This document shows positions 23,994 through 36,520 of a stretch of 64,000 nt of DNA, piece by piece. Position numbers and translations under genes: made by a program. The notes beneath the pieces were generated by a model. The model made no database searches. It saw nothing but the letters and a program-made list of their open reading frames with translations, and was not told where the DNA came from. How positions within the stretch are numbered: position 1 is the first letter of the stretch; every line of letters starts with the position of its first letter. Origin of the DNA: Amphiscolops sp. MND2022 (lineage: Eukaryota); contig OZ076409.1 in the NCBI GenBank assembly GCA_964187785.1, forward strand, positions 70,682,001 to 70,746,000. Direction: 5' to 3'.

Positions 23994-26009
23994 GTGGTCG
24001 GGGTTTTCTCCCCACCTTTATTTGCGAGCGCGGGAGACGGGTCCTGTCGCGAGCCTTAGATACCAAAAATAGCCTATCCGCGACCGGGTCAAAAAAATGC
24101 GATCTCGAAAACTAGCCGTACGATTCGGCTGAAATTTGGCACACGGCTTCCTATAACAGTTCTAAGAAACATTTACTACTGACGTTTTGCTGGCAAAAAT
24201 CGAAAAGTGGGTCAAAATAACGGTTTTTGGGGTAAAAAGTAGCGTTTTTTTGAAAATTTTGCATTTCACAGCCAATTACTCGAAAATGGTCGATCCAGCG
24301 CAGTAACGCCTTGCTGATTTATTGTTGGGCACGTCAAGAAGCGTACGTACACAAATTTTGGTCCATATCGGACTGAAACTTGGGGAGATATTAACGGTAG
24401 TTTGGGGGTTTCAAACCGCTATTTTACCGGAAATTGCACTTTTTGACCGGGAAGGAGTTGTCTGAGTGCGGGGTCGTCTGGTAATGTTTTGTAGAGCATC
24501 TGGGGACGTAGTGGGGGACATGTAATTTAATGACCCCGGTTAACCCCTCGGACGGGAAATGACCGTTATGTGGGTTTTAAATGTGGCCCCCGCCAATTTT
24601 CCCCGTTATTTCCGGTGTGAAGGAGTGGTAGTAGCGCGTCGGGTGCCTTATATCAAAAGTACGTTTAGACAAGGACCTATTGGAAACATGTGGTTTGGGA
24701 CCCTTTGAACGGACCCGTTAGCCGCTAATGGGGTGACTGCCTCCTTTTTTTGGGGGTAAAACCGTAAAACGGGCATTGAAGTGAAATTAACTCGTGAACG
24801 CGTGGAGCTATCGTGTCCTTCACTACTACAAGGTTTCATACCCATGATATGGTGCCTTCAGGGGGGCGAACAGATTTCCGCTATCTATCACCGTTACGGA
24901 CTTGGCCCCCCAGCCTAACCGCTATGTGACCGGAAATGTCACTTTTTGAGCCCAAAGTGTCGGTCCCAGCGTGGCAACGTTAGGTAACCTATTGTAGTAC
25001 ACATTGAGACGAGTTGGGGGATTTAGTTTCAGTCACACCCTGTTGGCCCGTTAGGTCGGAAATGACCGTTATGTAGTGAAAAATGGGATTTTTATAGTTT
25101 TTGAAGGCCATTTCGGGCAGGAAGGAGGGGTAATATGACTTTGGACACCATATGATGGAAGACGTGAAGTGTGACCAGCATTCCGGATTAACCGTTATGA
25201 TGACCCGGAAGTCCCCCTGGCACCGGAAATGACCAAAAAAATGTAACATTTTGTGTTTTTTGATTAAAAATGTTTGTTATTTAACCGAATAAAGTACATG
25301 TTAGGTGTTTCAATTTCTTCCAGAGGTGAATATAGTCCAATTACATGGTGGGGGGTAACGGTATATTGCCCCGGAAGTCCAACCCGTTGGGTCTGAGTAT
25401 GTTTTTCGGGTTTTAAAATGTGTCAAAACGTACTTTTGTGTAATAAATCTCTATTGTAGGCTAATAAGGACCATTTTTGAAGAGTTTAAATTTTTTCATA
25501 GTAGTTTGTGGAACACCAAAAACTTAAATAACATAACCGTTATAATTTGATAGCCTTTCAAGTTGGCCTTGTGTCAACTTGGAAAGGCTATCCTTCAAGA
25601 CTCATGCAACAAAGAAGTTTTTGGGTACATTTGTAATGCTTTAGTGTCAATTAGAGTATCAACAAGAGTATACCAAGCACTAAAACTATGTCTAGTTTTC
25701 GTTATTAGGATATTAGTTTCCTGAATATTTGTCGGAAATGCTTTTTTAAATCTCTTTTAATGTGGTCTAAATACTCTGAAAACACTTTATCGAACCAATT
25801 TTCTTGGATGAACCTTAGTAACAATACTAAAAATCGTAGACAACCTTGCTTCGTTTAAATATTTGAAGCTGAAACCGCACCTTACCGTTGCTCAAACTTC
25901 AACCCGACGCCCCATAGCATACATCAACGCACATCGTCTGTGGGCATGCCGAGGCATGCCCTTCGACGACGTATGCCAAATACCTTTAACCCGACGCCCG
26001 CAGTCCTGG
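23994..26009 (+). mobile_element. Unit, family G (2016 bp)
   Basis: Ends CTGG; near-identical copy at 31812-33827; core related to family B. Confidence 0.85.
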
Positions 26010-27079
26010 GTGGTCAAGGGGGATGCCCATCAGAAAATATTGCGAGGCCGGGGAGGGTCCCGAGAGCCGAGCACATTCTATCAATTCCTACCTTCAGGAT
26101 TGCGAAGTATTTTAACCGATCTCGAAATTCACCCGTAGGATTTGTCTGAAACTTTGCATGTGGCTTTATCTGAAAAATTTAAGAACTTTTTTCTGCTGAC
26201 GTTTTTCCAGGAAAATTCATTTTGTAGGGTTTTTTTGCGTTTTTTTGGTTTTTTTCATCTTTGTTCATCTTTGATTAATCAATGACCGAATCAAAGGCCA
26301 TTTTCACCATGAAGGAAAGCCCGTAGCGGCAAAGTGCACTTTTATGAAAATCATCAACGGTCAACGGTCTTTCGAACGGTCCAAAAAAATTTCCCCCCGG
26401 GGGCAACCAAAGTGCCGAAAAGTGCCAAATTTATTTTTTTGACTGAATCACTTTGATCAAATTGATGATTTGAGCAGCCAGAACGGTCCGCACGGTCTCG
26501 GACAATAAGGTCAAAAATTGTCAGCATCCAATGGGGGTTCCAAAAATGTAATTCGTTCACCTGTAGGAGACATCTGAAAAAAGTTGATTTTTTGGAGTTT
26601 TGGCATTATGACTGATCGGATGATAAATCATTGCATCACGTTGAGTTGCATTTGATGCAGCACACGAAGCAGCTGCAGCGAACTTGAAACTACTTAGGGG
26701 GTTGTGGTTTACTATCTGTAACAAGCAAAATATCCCTTGGGCAAAAGGTATGCCAAAAAGTGCCTCAAAGTTTTAATTAAGTTGTTGCAAATCGGCTAGC
26801 AAAATTCATTGTCACCGGTGTTCCGTGAGTTGCGCAGCATCTCGCGGGAACAACGGTGCTTGTTTCGAACGCAAAACCCAACATACCTCTTTGGTGACGT
26901 GACGGAGGTCACCATTAGCCTTTTTCGGCAGTGTGATGATATTTTTTTTGTTGAATTGTGAAAAACATACACAAAAGATTTAGCGTGGGATATTTGTTTG
27001 TGTCATACTTCAGTAACAAACTTTCAACCGTTTTGCTTAGGCCTCTACCTAGCAGTGCTCTAAATCGCTCCATCGCTAG
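26010..27079 (+). mobile_element. Atypical unit M (1070 bp) lacking the terminal hairpin
   Basis: Normal head motifs and CTAG|GTG end, but no GGCATGCC block; 5' half similar to the next unit. Confidence 0.6.
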
Positions 27080-30000
27080 GTGGTTGGGGCGTTATTCCCC
27101 ACGAAGTTCGCGGCCGCGGGAGACGGGACCCGCGGACCGCCCATCCAATGCAAAAATATACACTCTAAACAGCACCATTATAAACACGATCTCGAAAATG
27201 AACCGTAGGATTGTCTTGAAATTTTGCATACGGATAGAAGAGAAAATTCTAAGAACTTTTTCCTGCTGGCACTTTTCCGAAAAAAATGTCCTTCATGTGT
27301 TTTTTTGGGTTTTTTTGTTTTTTTCTCATCTTTCTCATCTTTGATTAATCAATCACTGAATCAAAGGCCATTTTCAGCATGAAGGAATGCCCGTAGCGGC
27401 AAAGTGCACTTTTACAAAAATCATCAACAGTCAACGGTCTTTCGAACGGTCCAAAAAATTTTCCCCCGGGGGGCATCCAAAGTGCCGAAAAGTGCCAAAA
27501 TATTTTTTTTGTCTGAATCATTTTGATGAAATTGTTGATTTGAGCAGCAGGAACGGTCCGCACGGTCTCGGACCATAAGGTCAAAAATTGTCAGTGAGTT
27601 ATGGTGACGACCAAAATGACATTGGTTGAGCTGTAGGAGGCCTCTGAAAAAATTTGAATTTTTTGAGTCTACAATCCGAGCTGAACTGTTACGTATTATG
27701 AACTTTTCAGTACTATGTTGCCAATGACCGAGTACAGATAGATGCATGGGTCAGCCTTATTGAAATGAACATTGGGCACTGGGCTACCGATTGAGTACAA
27801 AAATTATAGCCTAGTTGCTGTAGTCGAAGAAAAAAATTCTCAGAAGTGTTACTTTCAATTTGTCATGTTGACTCGGAGTTACAAAAAGGTGATTTTCTCG
27901 CCAACAACGGTCCGAAAGGTCTTCGACCATGAGATCAAAAATTGTCAGTGTGCTATGGTGACGCCCAAAAACCTACCGGAACAAGCGTAGGATGCTTCTG
28001 AAAAAATTTCGAATTTTTACGTCGGCCCAAGAGTTATTGTGTTACATCGTAACAACTTTTCGTGTATGCATATCTCCTGACAGAGTACAGATAGCATCAT
28101 GGGTCACCTTTATGAAAGTGAACGTGGGCCACTGGTGAACTGCATGGTTATAAAAAATTTAGACTAAGTGCTGCACGGCGTGAATAATATGCCAAGATGT
28201 GTTATTTACGATATTTTAGCACGACTCGGACTGACAAAAAGCCTATTTCTGCCCCAGCAACGGTCCAAACGGTCATCAAGTGTAAGGTCAAAAAATGTCA
28301 GTGTGACATGATGGCGCCTAAAAACCCACCAGAACATTGGTAGGAAGCTTCTGGAAAAAATTCGAATTTTTACGTGGGCCCGAGAGTTATGATGTTGCAT
28401 CGTAGCAACATTTCGTGTATGCATATCTCCTGACAGAGTACAGATAGCATCATGGGTCACCTTTTTGAAAAAGAACGTGGGCCACTGGTCTATCGATTGG
28501 TTGTAAAAAGTTTTCAATCACTGCTGCACGGCGTGAATAATATGCCAATATGGGGTATTTAGCATTTTTTTGCACGACTCGGACCTACAAAAGTCCCATT
28601 TCTGCTCCACCAACGGTCCGTACGGTCTTCAACCATAAGGTCAAAAAGTGTCAGTGTGCTATGGTGACGCCCAAAAACCCACCAGTACACTTGTACAGTG
28701 CTTCCGAAAAATGTTGGAATTTTTAGGTGAGTCCGAGAGTTATAGAGAGTTATGTTGTCACATCGTAACTACATTTCGGGAATGTATATCTCCTGACACA
28801 GTACAGATACCAATATGGGTCATCTTTTGGAAAGTGAACGTGGGCCACTGGCCTACCGAATGATGATAAAAAGTTTTCACCAGTTGCTACAGGGAGTGAT
28901 AAAAGTGCTTACATGGGTTACATAGCATTTTTTCAGGCGACTCGGACTTACAAAAAGCTCATTTGCTCGCGAACAACGGTCTGTACGGTCTCCACTCAAT
29001 GGGTCGAAAATTTTTTGTGGGCTATGGTGACGCTCAAAAACCCATCAGTTTACTTGTGGGATGATTCTGTAAAAATTTAGTGTTTCCGTGCAGACTATGT
29101 TACATATTACATTGGGAACCGTGTTTTTTTCTCACCAAAATCATGTTTTTGAGTGCCCAAAAACAATTTTTAAAGCCCAGTAGCCACCTAAAATGTTCTT
29201 TTGCATAACATGGGATGTGAATAACGTGAAGAAAGTGCTCACTGTGGATTTGGAGTTATCTCGAAAAAATCAGCTGCCATTAGACGTTACATTACATAAA
29301 ATCGTTCCTTACATATCGATTCATGGGTTGAGTCAAAAACAGCTAAAGTTCTTTTTCAGTCAATTAAGACACTTTACTGTTCACAACCAAGTGTACAGCT
29401 GACGTCGAACCTATTTGACCTTTCACAATGGTTATAGTTCAATTTTGAAGTACAAAAGCCTCTTTGACAAACAAAATTCCATGATGAAATTGCTTTCCAA
29501 ATCATTTTTTGAAGTATAGGAACGCCATTTTTAGCCGAGAACCATCTAATATCCACTTCTCTTGGCCCAGTGGCTTGTGAAAAATACAACTGGGCATTGA
29601 CAAGGCACAAGGACCTTACTTCGAGTAGTAATGTGCCACAATATTTGCTAATCGATAGCAAATTTTGTTGAAAATTGATACAACATCACATTTTTGGTGG
29701 ACTCGAAATGACAAAATGGAGCTTCAGCAGCAACTATTGGCTTTTAGTGCAACTCACTGGCACTGTAGCTTACGAAAATACGGTTTACAGTAGTTTCATG
29801 CTACTTTTTCAGAATCTGAGGTACATAAAAATATCATACTGAATAGACATATAACTTCCACATCGGAATTTTTCCGGATGTGTCACCGCTTTTTTGGTAT
29901 CAGCGGTCCTACCAACACTGTTTTTGGTCTAACACTAAACCCGAAGATCAACGAAGGTGTATATCAGACTTGTAAAATCAATGCAAGGACTTTCGACATG

Positions 30001-31811
30001 TCAAAAGTACTGATAAGAAGAGAAACTTCTCAAAAATTCATGTTATGTGTCATATTCCATTCCACGTTTTTTAATCGGTGCTTGTCGGTTATAGTATTAA
30101 CGCTCAGCAACGAGGTTACTGACAAGATACAACTTGTTAACAGTTATTAAAAGTATTTATAATACCACCTTGCTCGGTCTTGGCACATTTTTCATCCCAT
30201 TCAGTCTTAACGTGTAAATTTTACTTCCCAAAAACCCTATTTTTGTCAGGTCGAAATTCGAATTTTTGTGTTTTGATCAATATTATTGTGTCTGACGTAA
30301 CCTGTGGCCTCCAAAATACTCAAAAACAATAGTATGACTGCTATCAAATGCTTCAGTGATATGTGGGGCACGTTAACACGTTTTGGTAGGAACAATTCCA
30401 CTTTGAAGTGAAAATTTGGAAGACACATTGTGTCAATAAAAACTGAATAGGTGAAAAACGTACCTAACTCTCGTCAATTAGTATTAATGTAGTAACTGTG
30501 TTGCGAATTAGAGGTCTATAGAGTGGTGTATGGGAAAACTGTGGCGCATAAAGCGTTGTTCATAACAAAGTTCTTCCAGTAACTACTATTGTGTTTTCAA
30601 AAGTTTCACTATATTTCACATATCCACAGAATGTGATTGATGCTACCTAGTAATGGAAAACCACAGTCGAATCTTCTTTAGTGGACTCAACAGTCCTGAA
30701 AATCACAGACATCAATCATGTTTCATAATTATACGATCGAGGCTACACAATAATTTATTTCCGCTAGTTTCTGATAACTGAATTTCCTGATAGCCTTCCA
30801 AGTTGGCCTTGTGTCAACCTGGGAAGGCTATCAGTACAAAACACAAAGAACACAGCTTGTTGTTGCCTTTAATTTGCTGTTGTTTTCGTTAAGATTCTAT
30901 GGTACCGTCTCTTTATAACATGTGGTTAACATAAGACAATTTCTCTCGGTATGGAACGACATCCATTGATAAGAAAGATTACAGTTTTTTAGTTGAAAAA
31001 GACCTTGAAACTACTGCGCAATTCATGCAATTCATCCAAAAAGCTCAATAATTTCAATACTTTGCGTCCCATTGAGCGTCACGAACCACAATACTCCCTT
31101 TAACTGACAGTACAAAGACACATCATCATTTGACCGTCCACAGAGCGAAGGCGTGGCGAGGCACGCCTTTCGAAGTCCTTTGGCAAAAAAGTACTAACGT
31201 CCGTTCGTGACGCATACGAAAAACTCTTTTCATTTCAACAATCGTCATAAAGCATATTCGTTATATCGTCTTTTGGTTACATTTGTGCAGTGATACCTTT
31301 ATCAGTGAAATATTAAGTTATACCTAGGTAACAGCAGTTACTTCGTGATTACCAAAGTGATATCAAAATGTTGTTACATAAATATTTCTGACAGCGGAAT
31401 TCCGAAGTGTCATTAGGTACTTTTGCAGTGCTCGTTAGGAAAGCGAGTACTTTTGCTTGGACCAAACATGCTTGTATCAGATTGGTCATGTGAAGGCAGG
31501 TAACGGAATCAAAACAATGTTCCTCATCAACTTTTTGGTAGGGTCAGAAACACAATGTTTCCTTTTTACCGTCCCCCAATTGTTTGTTAGCTTCTGTTCA
31601 TAGAGAATTGTTTCTGCGCAGACCAAAATATAGCAACTTATCCAATACGCCTGATATCGGTTTTGCCCCACACAGAACTATCACTTAACATTTTTGTATG
31701 TTGACATCTTTTTACCCCGTAGTTCAACAACTCATGCACCTTCATTTCTTCTTCAACAACTAACTCGCCACCTCCGTGTCGTCTCGTGGTTTGTTTAGCC
31801 TCCAGCGCTAG
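27080..31811 (+). mobile_element. Atypical long unit N (4732 bp)
   Basis: Head motifs; internal ~353 bp tandem repeats; GATAGCC hairpin 30789-30832; divergent terminal-type hairpin 31146-31172. Confidence 0.6.
27550..29090 (+). repeat. Diverged tandem repeat, period ~353 bp, a little over 4 copies
   Basis: aacggtc...ggtc...tcRaaaa anchor at about 27552, 27906, 28259, 28612, 28975. Confidence 0.8.
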
Positions 31812-33827
31812 GTGGTCGGGGTTTTCTCCCCACCTTTATTTGCGAGCGCGGGAGACGGGTCCTGTCGCGAGCCTTAGATACCAAAAATAGCCTATCCGCG
31901 ACCGGGTCAAAAAAATGCGATCTCGAAAACTAGCCGTACGATTCGGCTGAAATTTGGCACACGGCTTCCTATAACAGTTCTAAGAAACATTTACTACTGA
32001 CGTTTTCCCGGCAAAAATCGAAAAGTGGGTCAATATAACGGTTTTTGGGGTAAAAAATAGCGTTTTTTTGAAAATTTTGCATTTCACAGCCAATTACTCG
32101 GGACTGGTTGGTCCAGCGCAGTAACGCCTTGCTGATTTATTGTTGGGCACGTCAAGAAGCGTACGTACACAAATTTTGGTCCATATCGGACTGAAACTTG
32201 GGGAGATATTAACGGTAGTTTGGGGGTTTCAAACCGCTATTTTACCGGAAATTGCACTTTTTGACCGGGAAGGAGTTGTCTGAGTGCGGGGTCGTCTGGT
32301 AATGTTTTGTAGAGCATCTGGGGACGTAGTGGGGGACATGTAATTTAATGACCCCGGTTAACCCCTCGGACGGGAAATGACCGTTATGTGGGTTTTAAAT
32401 GTGGCCCCCGCCAATTTTCCCCGTTATTTCCGGTGTGAAGGAGTGGTAGTAGCGCGTCGGGTGCCTTATATCAAAAGTACGTTTAGACAAGGACCTATTG
32501 GAAACATGTGGTTTGGGACCCTTTGAACGGACCCGTTAGCCGCTAATGGGGTGACTGCCTCCTTTTTTGGGGGGTAAAACCGTAAAACGGGCATTGAAGT
32601 GAAATTAACTCGTGAACGCGTGGAGCTATCGTGTCCTTCACTACTACAAGGTTTCATACCCATGATATGGTGCCTTCAGGGGGGCGAACAGATTTCCGCT
32701 ATCTATCACCGTTACGGACTTGGCCCCCCAGCCTAACCGCTATGTGACCGGAAATGTCACTTTTTGAGCCCAAAGTGTCGGTCCCAGCGTGGCAACGTTA
32801 GGTAACATATTGTAGTACACATTGAGACGAGTCGGGGGATTTAGTTTCAGTCACACCCTGTTGGCCCGTTAGGTCGGAAATGACCGTTATGTAGTGAAAA
32901 ATGGGATTTTTATAGTTTTTGAAGGCCATTTCGGGCAGGAAGGAGGGGTAATATGACTTTGGACACCATATGATGGAAGACGTGAAGTGTGACGAGCATT
33001 CCGGATTAACCGTTATGATGACCCGGAAGTCCCCCTGGCCCCGGAAATGACCAAAAAAATGTAACATTTTGTGTTTTTTGATTAAAAATGTTTGTTATTT
33101 AACCGAATAAAGTACATGTTAGGTGTTTCAATTTCTTCCAGAGGTGAATATAGTCCAATTACATGGTGGGGGGTAACGGTATATTGCCCCGGAAGTCCAA
33201 CCCGTTGGGTCTGAGTATGTTTTTCGGGTTTTAAAATGTGTCAAAACGTACTTTTGTGTAATAAATCTCTATTGTAGGCTAATAAGGACCATTTTTGAAG
33301 AGTTTAAATTTTTTCATAGTAGTTTGTGGAACACCAAAAACTTAAATAACATAACCGTTATAATATGATAGCCTTTCAAGTTGGCCTTGTGTCAACTTGG
33401 AAAGGCTATCCTTCAAGACTCATGCAACAAAGAAGTTTTTGGGTACATTTGTATTGCTTTAGTGTCAATTAGAGTATCAACAAGAGTATACCAAGCACTA
33501 AAATTATGTCTAGTTTTCGTTATTAGGATATTAGTTTCCTTAATATTTGTCGGAAATGCTTTTTTTAATCTCTTTTAATGTGGTCTAAATACTCTGAAAA
33601 CACTTTATCGAACCAATTTTCTTGGATGAACCTTAGTAACAATACTAAAAATCGTAGACAACCTTGCTTCGTTTAAATATTTGAAGCTGAAACCGCACCT
33701 TACCGTTGCTCAAACTTCAACCCGACGCCCCATAGCATACATCAACGCACATCGTCTGTGGGCATGCCGAGGCATGCCCTTCGACGACGTATGCCAAATA
33801 CCTTTAACCCGACGCCCGCAGTCCTGG
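31812..33827 (+). mobile_element. Unit, family G (2016 bp)
   Basis: Copy of 23994-26009. Confidence 0.85.
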
Positions 33828-35216
33828 GTGGTTGGGGCGGTCCCCAGAACGCACAAGGAGGCGCGGGGAGGGTCCTGCGCCGACGTAGAATAATTTCATA
33901 TAATACTAGTATCCTACATGGGTGTTTTAGAGGCGATTTTGGAATCTAACCGTAGGATTTGGATAATTTTTTGCATGCGGCCATAACTCGAAATTCTAAG
34001 AACTTTTTCCTACTGTCATTTTCCCCGCAAATTGTTTTTTGTTGACTTATGGCCGAAAAACCGGAAATAACGTCCTTTTTAGACGTTATATCCGAAGTGT
34101 CGTCATAACTTTTTTCCAGGGCATGCTAGCGTTCTCGTTCACTTTTACACTTAGTTGCAGCATCTCAAAATACAACTGGTGGAAAATTTTGGTTGCATTC
34201 GGATCACCCCCCACCGAGATAGAAGGGTTCCCCCCTCCAGTTTTACCCCCCAAATTTGCAAAATAGCCAATTTTGAGCATGAAGCCGAGGATTTAGCGTA
34301 CCCGCACCCTCCTGATGTTTTGTTGTACGTATTGGGGTCAATCTGACGACATGTGTGGTTTTCACCCCCAACCCCCCCTTGGACCGGAAATGACACTTTT
34401 TTGTGTTTTTTGGCAGAATTTAGCCTTTTTCATTATTAGGCAGTCGTTTTAGGGACTCCTAGCAGGATATCGAAATTGAAATACAACCTGATCACAACCC
34501 AGTGACAACATGTTGGCCACTTGGAGGTATCATCATGACCGGAAGCGGGGTCAACCCCCCTTTTTGTGACCGCTTTTTGACCTTGTGCACCAAAATGCCA
34601 ACATCTTGAGGCCTAATGAGGCATTCAAATCTGTACAAAGATAAAATGTTAGACAACCGAAGTCCCGGAAGATCTTTAGCATATACGGGAAGTTACCCCC
34701 CATGACCGGAAGTTACCCAATGTGACCGGAAATGGTCCAAAAATTAATGTAAAGTTGAATTTTTCACTATTTCAAGACCACTTCATTGAACATTTCCTTT
34801 CCCAAAACTAGCGTACTGGCTTGTTTTGCTGAATTTGTGGAAATTGATGAGCTCTATCACCCCCGATAGCCTTCGAAGTTGACCTTGCGTCAACTTTGGA
34901 GGCTATCGATAAAGAAAAATGAACAACAAAGTACATTGTTGCTCTCGTTCTTTTCCCGTTGTTTTTCCTCAAACATTCTTGAGACATATACATGGCCGTT
35001 AGTTGAAATCAATATTTAGCCCATGTTATAGCTGGAGCAGCGAAGCGTTACACAGACTAGTGTGGTTTTGAAATCACACTATTTAAATTAACAACTGACC
35101 GTCTTAGTCAACTCCACACATTCATACCAACGCCCACCGTCTGTGGGCATGCCGAGGCATGCCCTTCGACGACGTATGACGAATCCATTCCAACGACACC
35201 CGCAGTCCTCAGCTAG
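33828..35216 (+). mobile_element. Unit, family H (1389 bp)
   Basis: Copy at 51708-53096; GATAGCC hairpin 34865-34907. Confidence 0.85.
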
Positions 35217-36520
35217 GTGGCCACGACCATGGTTTCTTGCGTATCTTGTCGAATCTTTTGTCGTTGCCGGCCGGGGAGGGACCCGTTTGCCGGCGTGTGT
35301 AGTGTGGGGCCCCCATACCCAAAAAGTGGTATTTTTTTCAGAGATCTCAAAATCGGCCCGTCAGAATTGCCTGAAATTTGGCATGAGGCTCCCAATTGGG
35401 GAAAAAATAAGAAGTGTAGGAGGCGACTTGTTCGGGTAAATATTGTATGTTGACTTTTGGCCAAAATAGTGTTCCCCCCCAACATGGGCAAAATCACATG
35501 AGGTGTAAAAATATGATCACAACTTTTGAACCTTTGGATTTAGGGGTTCGGTCGTGGACCACATTAAGCAAGAGCTTTGGTGAGCGGGTAGGATAGATGG
35601 GTTTTGATCCCAGTACCTTCAACCACTTTTGAGAAATTAACGTTTCAAACAAACATCCGGGAGGTATATGTTGCCCCTGAAGGCAGGTTTTTCGCCATTT
35701 TCAATGTGAAGGAGTGGGTTTAGCGCAACGTGTGTGGGGTGCTTTTTTGTTGCCCGTGTGCGGAGCGTTGTATAGAGGTGCTGGTTGTTGAAATTGGAAA
35801 AGTTGGTAAAAAGTTATACCTATACCCCCCCTACTGTCTCTGCCATTCAATTTTTTTTTCAACTTCAGGCCTCCCAAAGGTGAGAAACTTCCACACAACT
35901 AGTATTGCAAGTGAATGCATGTGGAAAGTACTCGGATAGACGAGAAAAATGAGCTATAGAACGACTCTGTAGCTCAACTTGACGTTGACTTATGACATTT
36001 TGAGTGTGAGCTTGCTACGAGAGAAAAAAATTCAAATTTGAAAATCGAAGCTAAGTCTCATCCAAAACTCATCGAAATACGTTCAATCCATACCAAAGCG
36101 GATTAATTCCAGCTATATAGTGCAGCAACACTATTCAAGACCATTTGACACCATTTTATTAGTTTTGACATTGTATTATTCATCCGAGAGCACAAAACAG
36201 TTGGGTACATTCCATCTCCCTTTCGGGGGAGATGAGAATGTACCCGCTAAATGACACGCACCATGGCCTAATTTTTACCTTTATGCGACGTTTTCTAGGC
36301 TTTCGCGCAAGCCCACTAATATTTACACTGGTTTCTTTCTCTTTCACTCCAAACTTTCCGTCCGTACTAACCACCTTACACACCACCAGCAGCTCAACGA
36401 CACATCTGTAACGTCAACGCCACATACTTGCATCAACGCCCACCGTCCGTGGGCATGCCGAGGCATGCCCTTCGACGACGTATGCCCGTTGTCACAACAG
36501 GGCGCCCCCATTCCCGCTAG
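35217..36520 (+). mobile_element. Unit, family E (1304 bp)
   Basis: Copy of 20030-21332. Confidence 0.85.

Noticed and set aside
29100..30780. Transposase or Rep ORF in unit N cargo
   Set aside because: The ORF track shows nothing over ~100 aa, and I found no recognisable motif in the portions translated by eye
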